A program made the position numbers and the translations under genes. A stretch of 58,065 nt of DNA, counting the filler, from Porpidia crustulata (taxonomy: Eukaryota), in the NCBI GenBank assembly GCA_964255105.1. It is 5 parts of 5 records of this genome, joined end to end, with 100 filler letters (N's around TTAATTAATTAA, not from the genome) between each part and the next. Parts side by side here need not be neighbours in the genome. Positions count along the whole stretch, not along the records: positions 1 to 11,538 come from CAXUWE010000640.1; positions 11,639 to 23,173 come from CAXUWE010000641.1; 3 more parts are not named here. One strand, given 5' to 3'. This document shows, in pieces, positions 1 through 12,520 of this stretch. The first letter of the stretch is position 1, and every line of letters starts with the position of its first letter. The notes under the pieces are model-generated. The model was not told the origin of the DNA. It made no database searches and worked only from the letters and a program-made list of their open reading frames with translations.

Positions 1-170
1 ATGATGTTCATTCCCTTAGATAGGAGCTTCGTGCTCGACTCATGTAATAGTCAATACCATTAGTTCTATTGTCTAAGCTATCTGCAGACTTCAGTCTATA
101 GTAGCCAGGAGTTCGTTACTCTAGTCCATCTCTGCTTATATCTTGTGTTGTTATTAGAACAACCGTTACA
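1..170 (+). mobile_element. Probable 3' end of an LTR (retrotransposon fragment) at the contig start
   Basis: AT-rich non-coding stretch ending ...AACCGTTACA at 170 (CGTTACA is the inverted form of a TGTAACG LTR start). The ankyrin-remnant reading frame begins right after it. A contig starting inside a repeat is typical. Confidence 0.4.
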
Positions 171-610
171 TTATCACGCCAAAGTTGATGCAGCAGAACC
201 ATATTCTAAAGCCCTATGCAAAAGTGTACTGGCCCGTACATTACAAGTACATCGAGGACTATGAGTCCCATAAATTACTTAGAAAAGTATTGCGATTCAC
301 AAAGCAAGGCTCAAAGACATCTCCCGCATATTTGCAGTGGGCATCAGAGATTAGCTCACAATACGGAGGTGACCGCGAATGGAACATAAACGAATTATTA
401 GGAGTCAACTTTGATGATCGACTGGGCTATAGGCTGTTGTTCGCATCATCTAGACCCCATTCATATCTCAGTGCAGCGTGTGCTTTTGGGTTCCTATCAT
501 TCATGAGGGACTGTGAGCTGTCCTCAGCCGACTGGAGCCGACGTCAATCTTTACGGAATCAGAAGTACACGTTGCTACTCCTTGCTGCGGAGGAAGGTCA
601 TTATCAAGTG
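171..610 (+). pseudogene. Remnant of a NACHT/ankyrin (fungal NLR-type) gene, truncated at both ends
   Basis: Translation has YAKVYWPVHY (post-NACHT YA..YW..H motif), YLSAACAFG and LLLLAAEEGHYQV (ankyrin). The ankyrin consensus stops abruptly at 610, where the LTR starts. Confidence 0.6.
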
Positions 611-865
611 TGTCACGAGACTGGACTGGGGCAAAGACTGTATTCTAGTAACTAGGGTTTTAGATACAAGACGTTGCACGAAGAAGAAAGGAAAGCAAGA
701 AACAAGCAAGAAACAGGCCGTTAAGTAGGTGCGCCAAGCCCAACTCCGGTGTTGATCCCCCAAGTGATAGGAAATCAATGAACCGTACCGTGCCCAAAGT
801 CCTAACACCAACTTTTTCTAACACCGGATTTTACCTTTATCCGATGTCACGTGCCAACCGTGACA
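611..865 (-). mobile_element. Solo LTR (Ty3/Gypsy-like termini), 255 bp
   Basis: Begins TGTCACG (611) and ends CGTGACA (865), a perfect 7-bp terminal inverted repeat of TG...CA type. The minus strand carries a CTAGAATACA polyA-signal-like motif near its 3' end. Flanks (AAGTG / CTGAC) are not a target-site duplication. Confidence 0.65.
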
Positions 866-968
866 CTGACGCAGCCACAATTCTGTTAGGTCCCATGGCA
901 AGCATTTCTTTGTTACAAGGTCTGTGGAGGCTCTAATGTTTCAAGCAAGGACATCCACGTGGACCAAT

Positions 969-1115
969 TTATCCTCCTTCCTAATGCGCATAAGTTTTAT
1001 CATATGCATGACATCAATTTGGTAGTCGGGTTTCTATGACCACTTGCTCGGGTTAATATGGTGGACTGCATCCTCGATAAGATAAGCAACAAGCTAGTGT
1101 TCTACATGTGATAAG
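969..1115. promoter_or_regulatory. Cluster of GATAA sites (putative AreA/NIT2 nitrogen-regulation sites) upstream of the NCS1 permease
   Basis: TTATC at 969 and 997, GATAAGATAAG at 1076-1086, TGATAAG at 1109, all within 250 bp of the ATG of a nucleobase/allantoin-type permease. Confidence 0.45.
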
Positions 1116-1210
1116 GATTGGAGATTGGCGATGAGACGTCACACCACCTCAGTGTATAGATATAGGTGAGTCCCTGACTTCTAATGCGATATCGATTGTC
1201 CACAGTGAAC

Positions 1211-3102
1211 ATGACCAGCAGGTTTCAGCTCTCCCGGCCCAAACGTCCCCATTTGCTCGTTGAGCAAGAAGAATCCGCTTTCTTAGGCCCTACTGGCACC
1301 TCCCGATGGAGTAATAAGGGTATGACTGTTCGTTCTTTCTTTGAAAATATGAGGCAATACTGACCGCGCTTTTGTCTCAAAGACCTAGATCCCATCAGGA
1401 GAGAGAACCGGAAATGGACAATCTTCAGCCTCATCGCGTACTGGCTGAGTGACGCTTTCAACGCAGCAACGTGGGAGTTTGCGGCTTCGATGCTTGCCAT
1501 TGGCTTGAGCTATAAGGACGCCCTTGCTATTGTTGCCATTGCCTTCTTGACCGTCAGTATTGTCATATCGCTCAATGGTGCGATTGGCGTACTATACCAT
1601 GCCCCGTTCCCGGTGCTTGCACGCGCAAGTTGGGGCTTTTGGGGTTCCTATGGTAGGTTTCGTCGCCCCAGATCAAGGTGGTCTCTAATCGCTCAGTGGC
1701 CATTATATCTCGGGTCATCCTGGCCATGTTCTGGTTTGCTATTCAAACGGCCAACGGTGGCGATGTCGTCCAAGTAATGATTACTGCAATATGGCCAAGC
1801 TTCGCAAATCTGCCCAACCACATCCCCAAGTCACAGGGAATTACAACGGCGCAAATGATATCCTTCTTCCTCTGTGAGTCTTCTCCATTCCAAATAGGCA
1901 TACCTCGACTGACCGAGTGAATGTTCCTAGTCTGGCTGATGCAAGTTCCATTCCTCTACATGCATCCCAACAACCTTCGCTACCTCTTCATCACCAAATC
2001 GATCCTTGTCCCCATCTGCTTCATTGCTATTCTCATATGGTCATTCCGCTCCACCGGCGGTACTGGCGGCGCGCTACTTTCGTCAACCGCAAAAAGTTCA
2101 ATCGGCGGTTCTGCCTATTCATATGCGTGGCTAGCCTCGTTCACGTCGGTCATAGGCAATTACAGTACCCTCTCGGTAAATATGCCAGACTTCAGCCGTT
2201 ACAGCCGCGCAGGCGTCAAGTGGCAATGGCTCTACGTGCCCATGCTACCCATCGTGTTTACGTTCATCTCCTTTTGTGGTATTTCCGCAACCTCTGCGGG
2301 TCTCACCCATTATGGTAGTCTTGAGTGGAATCCCGCAGCATTAATACAGCAGTGGCCAAATCGATCCTGCCAATTCTTCGCTGGGGCTGCATTTGCTCTG
2401 GCAGCCCTTGGTGTCAATATCTCAGCCAACAGCCTCTCTGCAGCCAACGATCTCGCTGCACTCTTCCCATCGTATATCAACATCCGTCGGGGACAGCTGC
2501 TATGCGCTGTTGTGGCGTGGGCGCTCGTGCCCTGGAAAATCCTAGCCAGCGCGGGTAGCTTTTTGAATTTCATGTCCGCGTACAGCGTCTTCCTGGGCCC
2601 AATTGCTGCAATCTTGGTCTGGGATTTCTGGTGGATCCATGGGGCAAAGTATGACGTTGTTGCTTTGTATCATCCAGACAGGCAAGCCCCAAATTGCACT
2701 TTACTAGGCCTTGATGCTAACTCGAGCAGCATTTACCGCTATTCCTATGGCTGTAATTGGCGCGCCATCGTCGCCTTCATCGTCGGTGTCGCTCCTAACA
2801 TGCCCGGCTTCATCAACAGCGTTAACCCCAAGATTAACGCTGGTGTCGGCGTGCGACCATACACTTTCGCGTGGCTTCTTGGCTTTGTCATCACGTCACT
2901 GATTTATGTGGTTCTATCGATGGTGTTCTCGCCAAAGGAGACGATGATTGAAAGAGCGATATTACCAGACGAGGTGTATGAGAGGATGGAGCACAGCAGT
3001 GCTATAATTGAGGGTACGGCGTTTGGGGATGATGTGGAGAAGTCGAATGGGCGAGAGTCTTGGAAGAAGGCGGAGGCCGAAGACGAGTTGAGGGTGATTT
3101 AA
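1211..3102 (+). CDS. NCS1 family (Fur/Dal4-like) allantoin/uracil permease, 5 exons
   Basis: ATG 1211 MTSRFQ...RWSNK / DLDPIRRENRKW, YHAPFPVLARASWGFWGSY, NMPDFSRYS, GVNISANSLSAANDLAALFPSYINIRRG, NWRAIVAF. Four introns with branch sites, one GC-AG (2682-2729). Confidence 0.93.
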
Positions 3103-4977
3103 TGCTGCTGCTTGCTTTGGGTCACCTTATCTTCTGGTTCCAAACTGATAGACAACGACGTTAGCATCCTTTGATCAATTCCATGGAACGCTGAACACCC
3201 CAACTATCATTTTGACATCTTGGCCATCGGCCGCTGTAGTAGGTATTGAAATTGTATCCTTGATAGTCGTTGACCGACTTGGTCTGGACCTGAGTACTCA
3301 CGCGTCGAAAAGCGGGCTAAAGTTGACCTGGAGAGGTTACTCGCCTACCATGAAAATATCGTCCGTGGGACCTGGAGAATATATTCGCATTCCGCTTCGA
3401 CAATCTTCGTGATCCTTCGATCGAACGAGAAACAGAATGCAAGGACTGCGAAGAAGGACATTAGCTTACTCGAAATTATGTCTAACCTGGCCAATACTGT
3501 GTTTTGACTCGTCTTTACCCCTGTCGTCTTGTGCAGAATAGATCTGTGCCCACAGAGTGGTTGGAATTACGCCGAGGGTGGCTTTGCGGAAGACTTGAAC
3601 AGAATCATTACTCGAAAGCGAGGACTTTAGTAGGAAGGCAATTAGATGTTAGGCGGCAGACTTCTTACAATGAGAATATTCTATATACTATCTGAGACAA
3701 GAAACTTCGGTGCTCAGCAAGACTAAAATAATACTGACATGATGTAGTGAAGACAATGCCACTATTCAGCATTTTCAAACTTTGATCATGTATCTTTATT
3801 CAGTCCGAGAAGAGAGGCGAGGAGCTTCTATGGCTTGTGCCAAGACCAAATATATCTATTTTGTACATAGACAGCTTTTCCAAACGCCAAAGTGTAGCTA
3901 TGCCAGGAACGGCAAGCAGCAACATGGCACACTTTACCAGTTTATCTCCAAGATTCTCCCATCTTGAATTACCTGAAGATGAAGAAATAAATTAAATTAA
4001 CCATGCAGGTGGGATGGGACGTGTTTCGATCATCCTGGCCCAGTTCTAATGATCTGGGATTGGCCATAAAGATGCAGGAAAAACTGGTGTAAACTGCGGT
4101 AATGAAGCAACGTTGATTCTCTGGAGACTAACTGTCAATAATTGCATCGTGACAGTTATTGGGGTAGAGCTACTCAGCTCATGGATATCAATCTTAGTAA
4201 GATTGATACCATTTCAGGGGCTGATCATGGCTTGGGTCGCAAGGACGACTTCATCTATGCTAGTTCAGCTGCATTCGCTGGATACTCGAGCATTAGTTCT
4301 GGTTGCTGTAATTTCTAGGAGTTTCTGTGTTTACGCCATGTGCGAGCTCTAGAGAGTAGTCGGCAGGCTTCATCGATCTGTCTTTTTCGGCAATGTCTCG
4401 AGGTTATCTCCCAACCTACCAAGATCTCACAGACAAATCAAGTCCCACTATTCCGTTTCTTATCGCCTCTTGCTGTTCATGATGGTCCAAGCTGGCACAT
4501 TGAACAAACTATCGGATTCCATAATCAAAAACACGATATCGTTGGAGACTGGTAATGCCTTAAAACTTTGTAACAAAGTACTTTTACTAAAATTCAAAGG
4601 CTCTCTCATTTCCGTGTAGAGAAGATCATTTCGCATGGATTGGTGAGCTCGAAACAGAATAAGCCGCTGTTGGAAGAATTAAGGAGATGCGAACAGTCCC
4701 GAACCTAAATCATCACAGAATTGCACATTACCTTACCATCAGGAGAGCTGACTGCAACCCACTGAGCTTAGTCCAAACAGCAACAAGTGTTCCCGCGTTG
4801 TAGGCAATATCCGAAGCAGGCAAGTAATGTGTGCAAATAAATCACCAAGTGGCACTCAAGTATGTTAAGGCTTTGGCCGATTCAGATGAGCGCAGGTTCT
4901 AATGGCTCCGTCTGTGATATAGGCAAATCTCAAATCCTCCGAGAACCAGTCCAGTCAGTCTTTGGAGCGTTGAATTT

Positions 4978-5594
4978 CTACCTCACAATTGCCCGGTCGA
5001 CACCACTATCCGTTGCAAAAACAAAGAGGCCCATCCCATTATTTCTTCCCACTTGGATCCAACCCCCCATATGAGCATCTCGCGTACATTTATTATTCAC
5101 CGACAGTAGAGCATGCCACAACTCCTGATACGTCGCCAGATCTCGATCCGGCCATCCACCCTGTGGCGGCTCCGGTGAAGGTGATGGGAACAAATTTGGC
5201 GGAAATTTTCCAATGAGTTCGATTGCCACAGTACATTTATCGGCGGTGTAGCGTCGAGGGGTTTGCCGCTTTCTAAAAGAGGTGCTCGAGTGAACTCCAT
5301 ACCCACAGAATTCAAATCTTCTAGAACCGTAGCTAACGACGTCATGATCGTATAATTTTTCAAAGGCTGCCTCACAATCTTCGGAGAAGGAGGTGCAAGC
5401 CAGAAGATGGATTGTGTGCACTCGGGTTCGAAGATCGAGAGCGAGAGCGAGGCAGTTGATGTCGCATTCGCGGACAACACAGCAAGAGGTTGGAAATTGG
5501 CTGGTTTAGTGCTTTGAGTAATGGCCATAGTTATGGATAAAGTAGTGATAGTTCCGATCAGTGAACAGAAAAACCGAGAATTAAGAGGAATCAT
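4978..5594 (-). pseudogene. Small secreted Cys-containing protein split by a single frameshift (pseudogene or sequencing error)
   Basis: Frame 1 gives a hydrophobic leader and ...FEPECTQSIFWLAP. A second frame continues FSEDCEAAFEKL...TPRRYTADKCTVAI...C...GWIQVG...GLFVF. The switch is near 5390 in a CCTCCTTCTCC run with no intron signals. Confidence 0.5.
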
Positions 5595-6401
5595 CTCTTC
5601 ATATATTGAAAATTATTTAGCTGCACTGACATGGTTGAGGAAGTTGGATGCCAGAAATCTTTTTTCGAGACACTTCATGCAATATTTAGTGTGACAGTTA
5701 GATTTGTATCATTGAAGAAGCGCGGCTGTTTTTCTGGTTCAACATAAATCCAACATGGTTACACGTCTAAGGTTATACGCGTACGAGTGAAAGGGTATCT
5801 CCAAGGTATCTCGTCATCCAACGATAACAGCCTTAAGACCATAGACTGCGGCTTCCGTTTACATTGGAAAGAAATTTGATGAGAGAGGAAAGACGGGAGA
5901 TAGGGAATAGGAGGTAAGACATGAATGAAGAAGAACACACGGAGGAGGGGAGGGTGTTCATATTTTGTGGAGATGTCGCATCCAGCTCTCAATTCGCATG
6001 GCGATGAAGACGCACACAGTTGATGAAAGCTCGATATTAAAGATGAGGAGGTTGCTGCCAAGTAGGAGAGATTGATACGATGGGTACCTAAATATGGCTT
6101 ACCCGTATGTACCCCTAGTTCGGCCACCGTACTAAGGGTTAGGGTTTCAACATCGGAGTAGTCCATCATCAGCCCGGTAAGGGCTCAACGTCAGGCTGAG
6201 GACATGAACCACAGGTCCACAGCCTCGCCGGCTGCATATCTCATGACTCGAGATTTGATTCGCTGAGACCGTGCAGCGTCTAGAGCTTCCCCACCTCCAA
6301 GCTTTTCTCCTTCTCGTGACCATGACTCTCCATTTCCTTCTCGGGGCACGGGTCATTCATTGGGGACCGAACTCTATTTGCAAAGTCGTGTCATATTACA
6401 G

Positions 6402-9400
6402 ATGGCACAAGCAGCGTAGGATGGACTACTCCAACAACAGTTTCAAAATGCATTGTTGACATCGGACAGGACCGAGCCACTTCTCGCAGCCTTGAACGAG
6501 TTCCAAAATGCGCTGTCGGCAGATCAAAAAGCCAGGCTCTGGGCTATGAATGCCGCTCCTGATGCTGATGCTGTCCTTCGGTTTACCGCAGAAATTGATC
6601 GAAGTAATTCTCGACGAAGAAGCCGATGCGTAGCTAGCAGGCTGCACAAATCTCTTGAAAGCGTTCAGCAATTTACGACCATCGTCGACACTTTTGTTAG
6701 CTCAAATCCTTCCATTGCGGCCTTAGTGTGGGGAACTTTCAAGGTCACAATACTGGTATTAATGATCCCTGATATGATCCTGTCCAAGTGCTGAATACTC
6801 CGCTAATGTAGCACAGGCTGTCAGCAACTTTTCGAGTTTCTTTGACAAGCTATCTGAGTGGTTCATGAATTTACAGACCGATTGTCCCAGGTTCTCTGAC
6901 TATCAAAGGCTTTTTCCAGACTCGCCACGACTGACCAGAGCGTTATGTCTATTTTACGCAAGTCTAGTCAACTTTTGTACCAAGGCTTTAGGAGTAGTCA
7001 GCCGAGCCGGTATGTACATCCTCCACACCCAAATTTCGAAACACACAAATCCTCATGAAGTGAGACAAAGAGATTTTGTGTTTTCTGTCACAAACCTAGA
7101 GAAGTACAGACCTTGAAACTGAAAGGACTTTCAACAGGCATCGTACAATCTATAAAGTCCTTTTGGAACCCTTTCGAGGTAGAATTTAAATCCTTCACTA
7201 CTGAAATACGACGGCTCAATGGAGAGGTTGAGAAAGAGATACATTTGGCAGCAGCCCAGGCCGCAGAAAACGATCAGCGTCTGCAGGCTCACGAACGCCA
7301 AGCTGCAGATAGTCACAGAAAACTAGGAGCATCGCACTTCCGAAAATTTCTTCAGCTTAGTACAGATGATCAAGAATGGAAAGTGAAAGTTCAGGAAAGG
7401 GAGTCAAGTAAGTCAGTAATTTTCCGAATCACCAATCAATCTGACTTAATTTCTTAGTGGCTTTGAAACAGGCTCTTCTCGACAAACTCTCAACATATGA
7501 CTTCGTAGCTTCGCTAAAACGGGAAAGGAAAAAACGATATGGATCTACGGACCAATGGTTGAGCAAGACATCTGAATATAATAAATGGCTGCAAGACAAG
7601 TCATCGTGTTTTTGGTTATCCGGTATTGTTGGATCCGGTAAAACTGTTCTTACTGCTGCCGTTATAGATGAAATTCTTTGTCACCAAACCTGTGAAAGTT
7701 ATCCGATAGCCTTTTTCTTCATGCATAACAGTAACGCCAAATCTCTTGAAGCTTCCTCCATATTAAGATGTCTGATCAGGCAAAGTCTCACCGTGGATAC
7801 CTTGACAATTAATATCGAACATCAGCTCAAGCATTGTCTAGAAGCCAATTCTCCAGACGCGGACGAGTTGCTCTCAATAATGGAAAGCCTGTCTCAAAAG
7901 TCCTTGATCCACTTTATTGTCCTTGACGGTCTCGATGAACTTCCCAAGTCTGAACGAGACATTGTTTTCAAGGTTATAAAGGTATTACTCACCACAGGAT
8001 CAAACATCAAGTTTTTTGCCTCCAGCCGTCAAGAAATCCGCCGAGAGATGGAGATCAACTTTGGTCAGTATCACCATAGGGCAATGTCCTGCGATGAGGT
8101 CCAGAAAGATATCAAAGAATACATTGAGTTGTCAATTGAAGAAAAGCTGGCGAAAGAGGAGCTTATTCTTGGCGACCAAGGTTTGCTCCCTGAAATCACG
8201 AGTACTTTACTGAAAGGGGCACGTGGGATGTAAGTAAGCAAGGGTCGCTTCTCAACGATTTATTATTTCAGGACCATTGGTTTTCTCGTGCGGAAAATTT
8301 AAATTCAAGCTTAAAATTCCCGAAATCTCTTCAACTAAGTCTAAACTAACTATTCGAGTCAGGTTTCTATGGTGTTATTTCCAGATAGAGGACATCTGTA
8401 GCCAAATTTGCGATGATGACATACGTGCCACAATCCGATCTCTACCCACAGATCTTCCAGAAACGTATCAACGAGCTCTCCAACGTATCACAGTAGGTCA
8501 AAAATCCAAAGTTGCAGCGCAAGTCTTCCGTTTTATCGCAGTTGCTCAGCGTTCCTTGAGTGTTGATGAGCTTCGGGAAGCTATTGCTGTACGGCCTTTA
8601 GCGTCAAGTATTGAGGAAAGCCATTTGGTGAACGACACTCGTCAACTGGTCTTATGGTGTGCAAGCCTAGTTGTACAGGACGAAGAGGAGGATCTTTTGC
8701 AGTTTGCTCATCATTCAGTAAAAGAATTCCTGGTCTCAAAGCCGGACGAGATTACTCTGACACATTTCCATTTCGGGCTCTCAGAAGCCAAGCATGAGCT
8801 TGCTACCACTTGCTTGACGTACCTTAACTTTGAAGCTTTCAAAGGCCATTTGGATACAACTTTCCCGCCTCATGCACTTACAACCGCTCTTACTCCGGCA
8901 TCCATCGTCAAAACTTCCATTTCCCATTCTAGAAGCCCTACAATCTACAGGTCATGGCTGAAAATCGAAAAGTTTCTCAGTAGTCGATCTACCCAAAATC
9001 CCGATATTTGGAGGCAACTCCACTACGTAAAGGGGGGATTACATACAGGATTAGTCCGCAATCTCCAAGCCCGTCATAGATTCCTGGCCTATGCCAGTGA
9101 GTACTGGCTCTTTCATACGGCTAGTCTTATACCTGAAGATGAGGAAATATTCGGCTTGTGGAAGAGCTTAGTACTCGCTGAAGACACCGTAGCGGCAAGA
9201 CCTTGGACTGCCGCGCAGTGGTCCATCAACAACTATGTTATTGGACAGTACGCCGTTCAAAACAATCACTGGGCATTGGCTACTTTACTCAGGACTGAGG
9301 GTAACCCATTGACAGTAGAGCAAACAGCAAGTCTCATGCTCTCGGCAGCTCATGATAATGAGACCGCTGTTCTCCATAGCATGATTAGCGCCGATCCTTC

Positions 9401-10259
9401 TGCCAAAAGTGCTTTAGAATTTGCTGCATGTTTAGCAGGAGGCCAGCTCCAAGAGATGTTTGTACGACTCTTGCGAGCCAGAGAATATAAAAATGGCAGA
9501 AGCAAGTCACTCATCAGAGGGGAGTCACGGAACGTTGTTTTCGTCAAGTCTGGTAAAATCAGCGAGGAGAAAATGCATGAGTCTAGCATTTTAGTTGAAA
9601 GCTCCTTCCATGTTGCAGAGCTGATGACTGATGACTACAAATCCCTACGCGCAGCAGCCTGGGACGGAGATCTCGGGATTCTGAATATAGGTTTAAAGCC
9701 CTTACTCGACCCAACAACTGGGGAAGTTAGCATTAAGAATCTTTACTTCCACACTGCGTTACATGCCGCGGCGCAAAATGGACAACTAGAGGCTCTAAGA
9801 CAACTCCTACATTGTTTGCCCAAAAGTCTTCGTTTACAAGGCTTTCAGATCAACGTGTTGAACAGTGCAGCACGATGTGGACATCTAAAGGCGGTCCGCT
9901 CATTCATTACAATTGGCTTTGAGGTTACGTTTCACTACATAGATTACGCAACCCCCCTTCACCACGCAGCATATAGTGGACATCTAGAAGTAGTTTGCGA
10001 GCTTCTGGGTCGAGACGATTTTTTGAACTTTACAGAAATCAAGCTCTTTATGGATAAGAGGTCAGACTCCAATGGTCTTACTGCATTGCACCTCGCCGCA
10101 GAACAGGGCCATCTAGAGATAGTGAAAGTTCTTCTCGCTGCCGGAGCAGATCCTTTGCTAAAAGCGGATCGTGGCCAGGGACACTGTCTCGCCGAAGATA
10201 TGGCGCTAGATAGGGGCCACGAGGAGGTATGGAAAGTACTTAAAGACTCTAGATTTTGA
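6402..10259 (+). CDS. Fungal NLR: helical N-terminal domain (Goodbye/DUF7708-like), NACHT, winged-helix, ankyrin repeats; start region uncertain
   Basis: VDTFVSSNPSIAALVWG N-terminal motif; P-loop WLSGIVGSGKT; Walker B FIVLDGLDE; GMFLW; LQFAHHSVKEFL; YASEYW; several TALH.AA..GHLE ankyrin repeats; four GT-AG introns. ATG 6402 is followed by an in-frame TAG at 6417. Confidence 0.88.
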
Positions 10260-11538
10260 TCCTTAAACGCAGTCGGCGTTCAATAGGAATAAAATTGTTT
10301 AAAAAATGTGTCGCTCTACTCGTCGCGTCAGTAAATACAGCTGTCTCTCACTCGATCTATGGATTTTCCGCCCGCAGCAATACCCTTGTAATAGACTGAC
10401 AACGCTTAGGGCTCTCTAAGTTGCTAGAAAGTGCCAACCCTTTTTAGATTGGCCAAAGATTATGAATTGAAGTATGGCTGAAGGGAAGCATGCTAGGTAT
10501 CGTTCGTCTTTTACGCCTACATGTAGGAAGGTACTTTGGAAATGCGCCTTGCAACTTCTAATACTGTACGAGAAGAACTAAAATATTTCCCATTTGAAAA
10601 TCTCAAGCAGGGTCATCCGGTTCGGGTCCATCCTTCTCCTTGTCACGCTGATTCTCCTTCTTATGCAAGTGTTGTATGAGTTCATCTGACGAAGAAGAAC
10701 AAGTGGACCAAGCCGAACCGTGTTTATTAGCTGTGCCCCATACCCTACATTTCCTTGGATTCCTCGCTACTTTCGCTGCGCTGCTGCGTAAACACCAACG
10801 CCCTATCTCTTACTTCTCTCCGTATCCCTTTACTCAACCACACAGTTTACTGAGTCGATGTTTGCCATGCACATGCTCCACAGCCATCCCAAGTGCTGTA
10901 TCATGGCCCTATTAGCTTGAAAGTCCGCAGTGGGAACCGTGAGAAGGGGAAAGATAAGAGCGGCTAGGAGAGCGAGGGGAAACCCAGGCAAAGACAGATG
11001 ACTACAAGTGTATTGCTTACAGAAAGGGGACTTTGTGGGAGGAATAGGACGAGGACTGTGACGTGAAGGATCAGAGAATCCAGGGCTTAATGATAGTATC
11101 ACTTGAAATCGACCATAAGGTCGGTATGGAACTACTCAACAAGATGAGCTATAAAAAGATGACGATGTAAGCCTCGAATTCACGACCAGCACCTCTGCGC
11201 TTAAGAATACTCAGCAAAATTGCAACTTCGAGCGTGTCAAAGACCTTGGGGTACGAAATGCACTGCCCAAGCGATACATCCAAAAATCAGCTACGGCAAC
11301 AAAACTAGCACTCCTGACCATATCTCCTATTTCCTACCGAGGCCAGAACGAGACATCAAATTCGCTGTTTCCTTGGGTACTTGCTAGGTCCTTTGTCGTG
11401 TCAGATGCGTTGATATCTACTTGGTGATGATTTTACAGGATCGTTGGGGTTGATTTGGAGGGATTGAATTATTAGACTGGTTGGGGGGCTATGAGGAGAT
11501 AGTGGCGAGGCTTGGAGGAAGGAAGGGCAGGTGGGTTG

Positions 11539-11638
11539 NNNNNNNNNNNNNNNNNNNNNNNNNNNNNNNNNNNNNNNNNNNNTTAATTAATTAANNNNNN
11601 NNNNNNNNNNNNNNNNNNNNNNNNNNNNNNNNNNNNNN
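11539..11638. other. Artificial contig spacer (N44-TTAATTAATTAA-N44)
   Basis: 100-nt N run with a central six-frame stop cassette, identical at four places. Confidence 0.98.
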
Positions 11639-12520
11639 GGCGTATTGGCCGGGGGCCCAGGGGAGCGGGAAGCCGAGCGAGTTTCAACTGTTTACGACGG
11701 TGACGTCGTTTTTAAGGGGCCTTGGTTGGTTTTTCGGAAGAGGGGGAGGGAGCGGTTGTGAGCTTGTAGTCGTACCATAGTGAGGAGGAAGAAGCGCATT
11801 AGATTGATTTGCTTGATGAAGTGGTTGTTGCTCTCAATAGAAAGAAGCAACGCCGGATAGATCCATCACACATCAGTTCTAACATAAGTTGTCCATTTTC
11901 TTATCTCCTTTTCTGAGCGATACCGCAGTGAAGCCATGATCACAAGCTATGATGAATTATTATAAAGCCCTACACTTTTCCTCCAGTCAAACCTTCGGCG
12001 CTCTTATGCGTCAATCCAACGACAAACAAGTCTTTCCTCCACCCCACCTTTGCGCCAGCCAAAAAATTCAGCAGCGCTCCCCACTCCTTTCCTTTTCCCT
12101 CCTTCCCAAAGAATACCTGACAATTGTCTCCCATGCTCCGCCTTTCTTCTCCTTTTTCTCTGCTGTTGGCTTCGTCCGGTACTTTCATGTTTCGGTCTCC
12201 CACCTGCCCTTCGCTCTTTGATAGTTCACGCCTCCTCTTTCGATGTCTACAGAAGTTTCCTTTTATACTTTCCGGCATTTTCTTTACGTATTGCCAAGAA
12301 CTCGCATGTCACGTCGGATCACTGCCACGATCTCGGAATTAATCTTACTTCATCTCGTCTCCTCGATACGGCTATTCTAACAAAAAAAAAGGAATCTCTC
12401 GACACAAGTGCATGATTGTTTGTCCTTTAACAATAGCAGACGCTTTGATAGCGCAACAACGATAGGAATGAAGGTAACGGAAACTGTATTAGGCGTTTTT
12501 TGTAAGTTGTCTTTTGGCTT

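Noticed and set aside
900..1400. TPP riboswitch near the permease 5' end or first intron
   Set aside because: No CTGAGA...TGAT..GG.TAAT.CC.GCG aptamer core seen here or elsewhere.
11100..11538. Broken frame containing KVGMELLNKMSYK, vaguely G-patch-like
   Set aside because: Multiple stops and no following GLG motif; not supportable.
11583..11594. TTAATTAATTAA palindrome repeated four times
   Set aside because: Centred in N runs; an assembly linker with stops in all frames, not biology.
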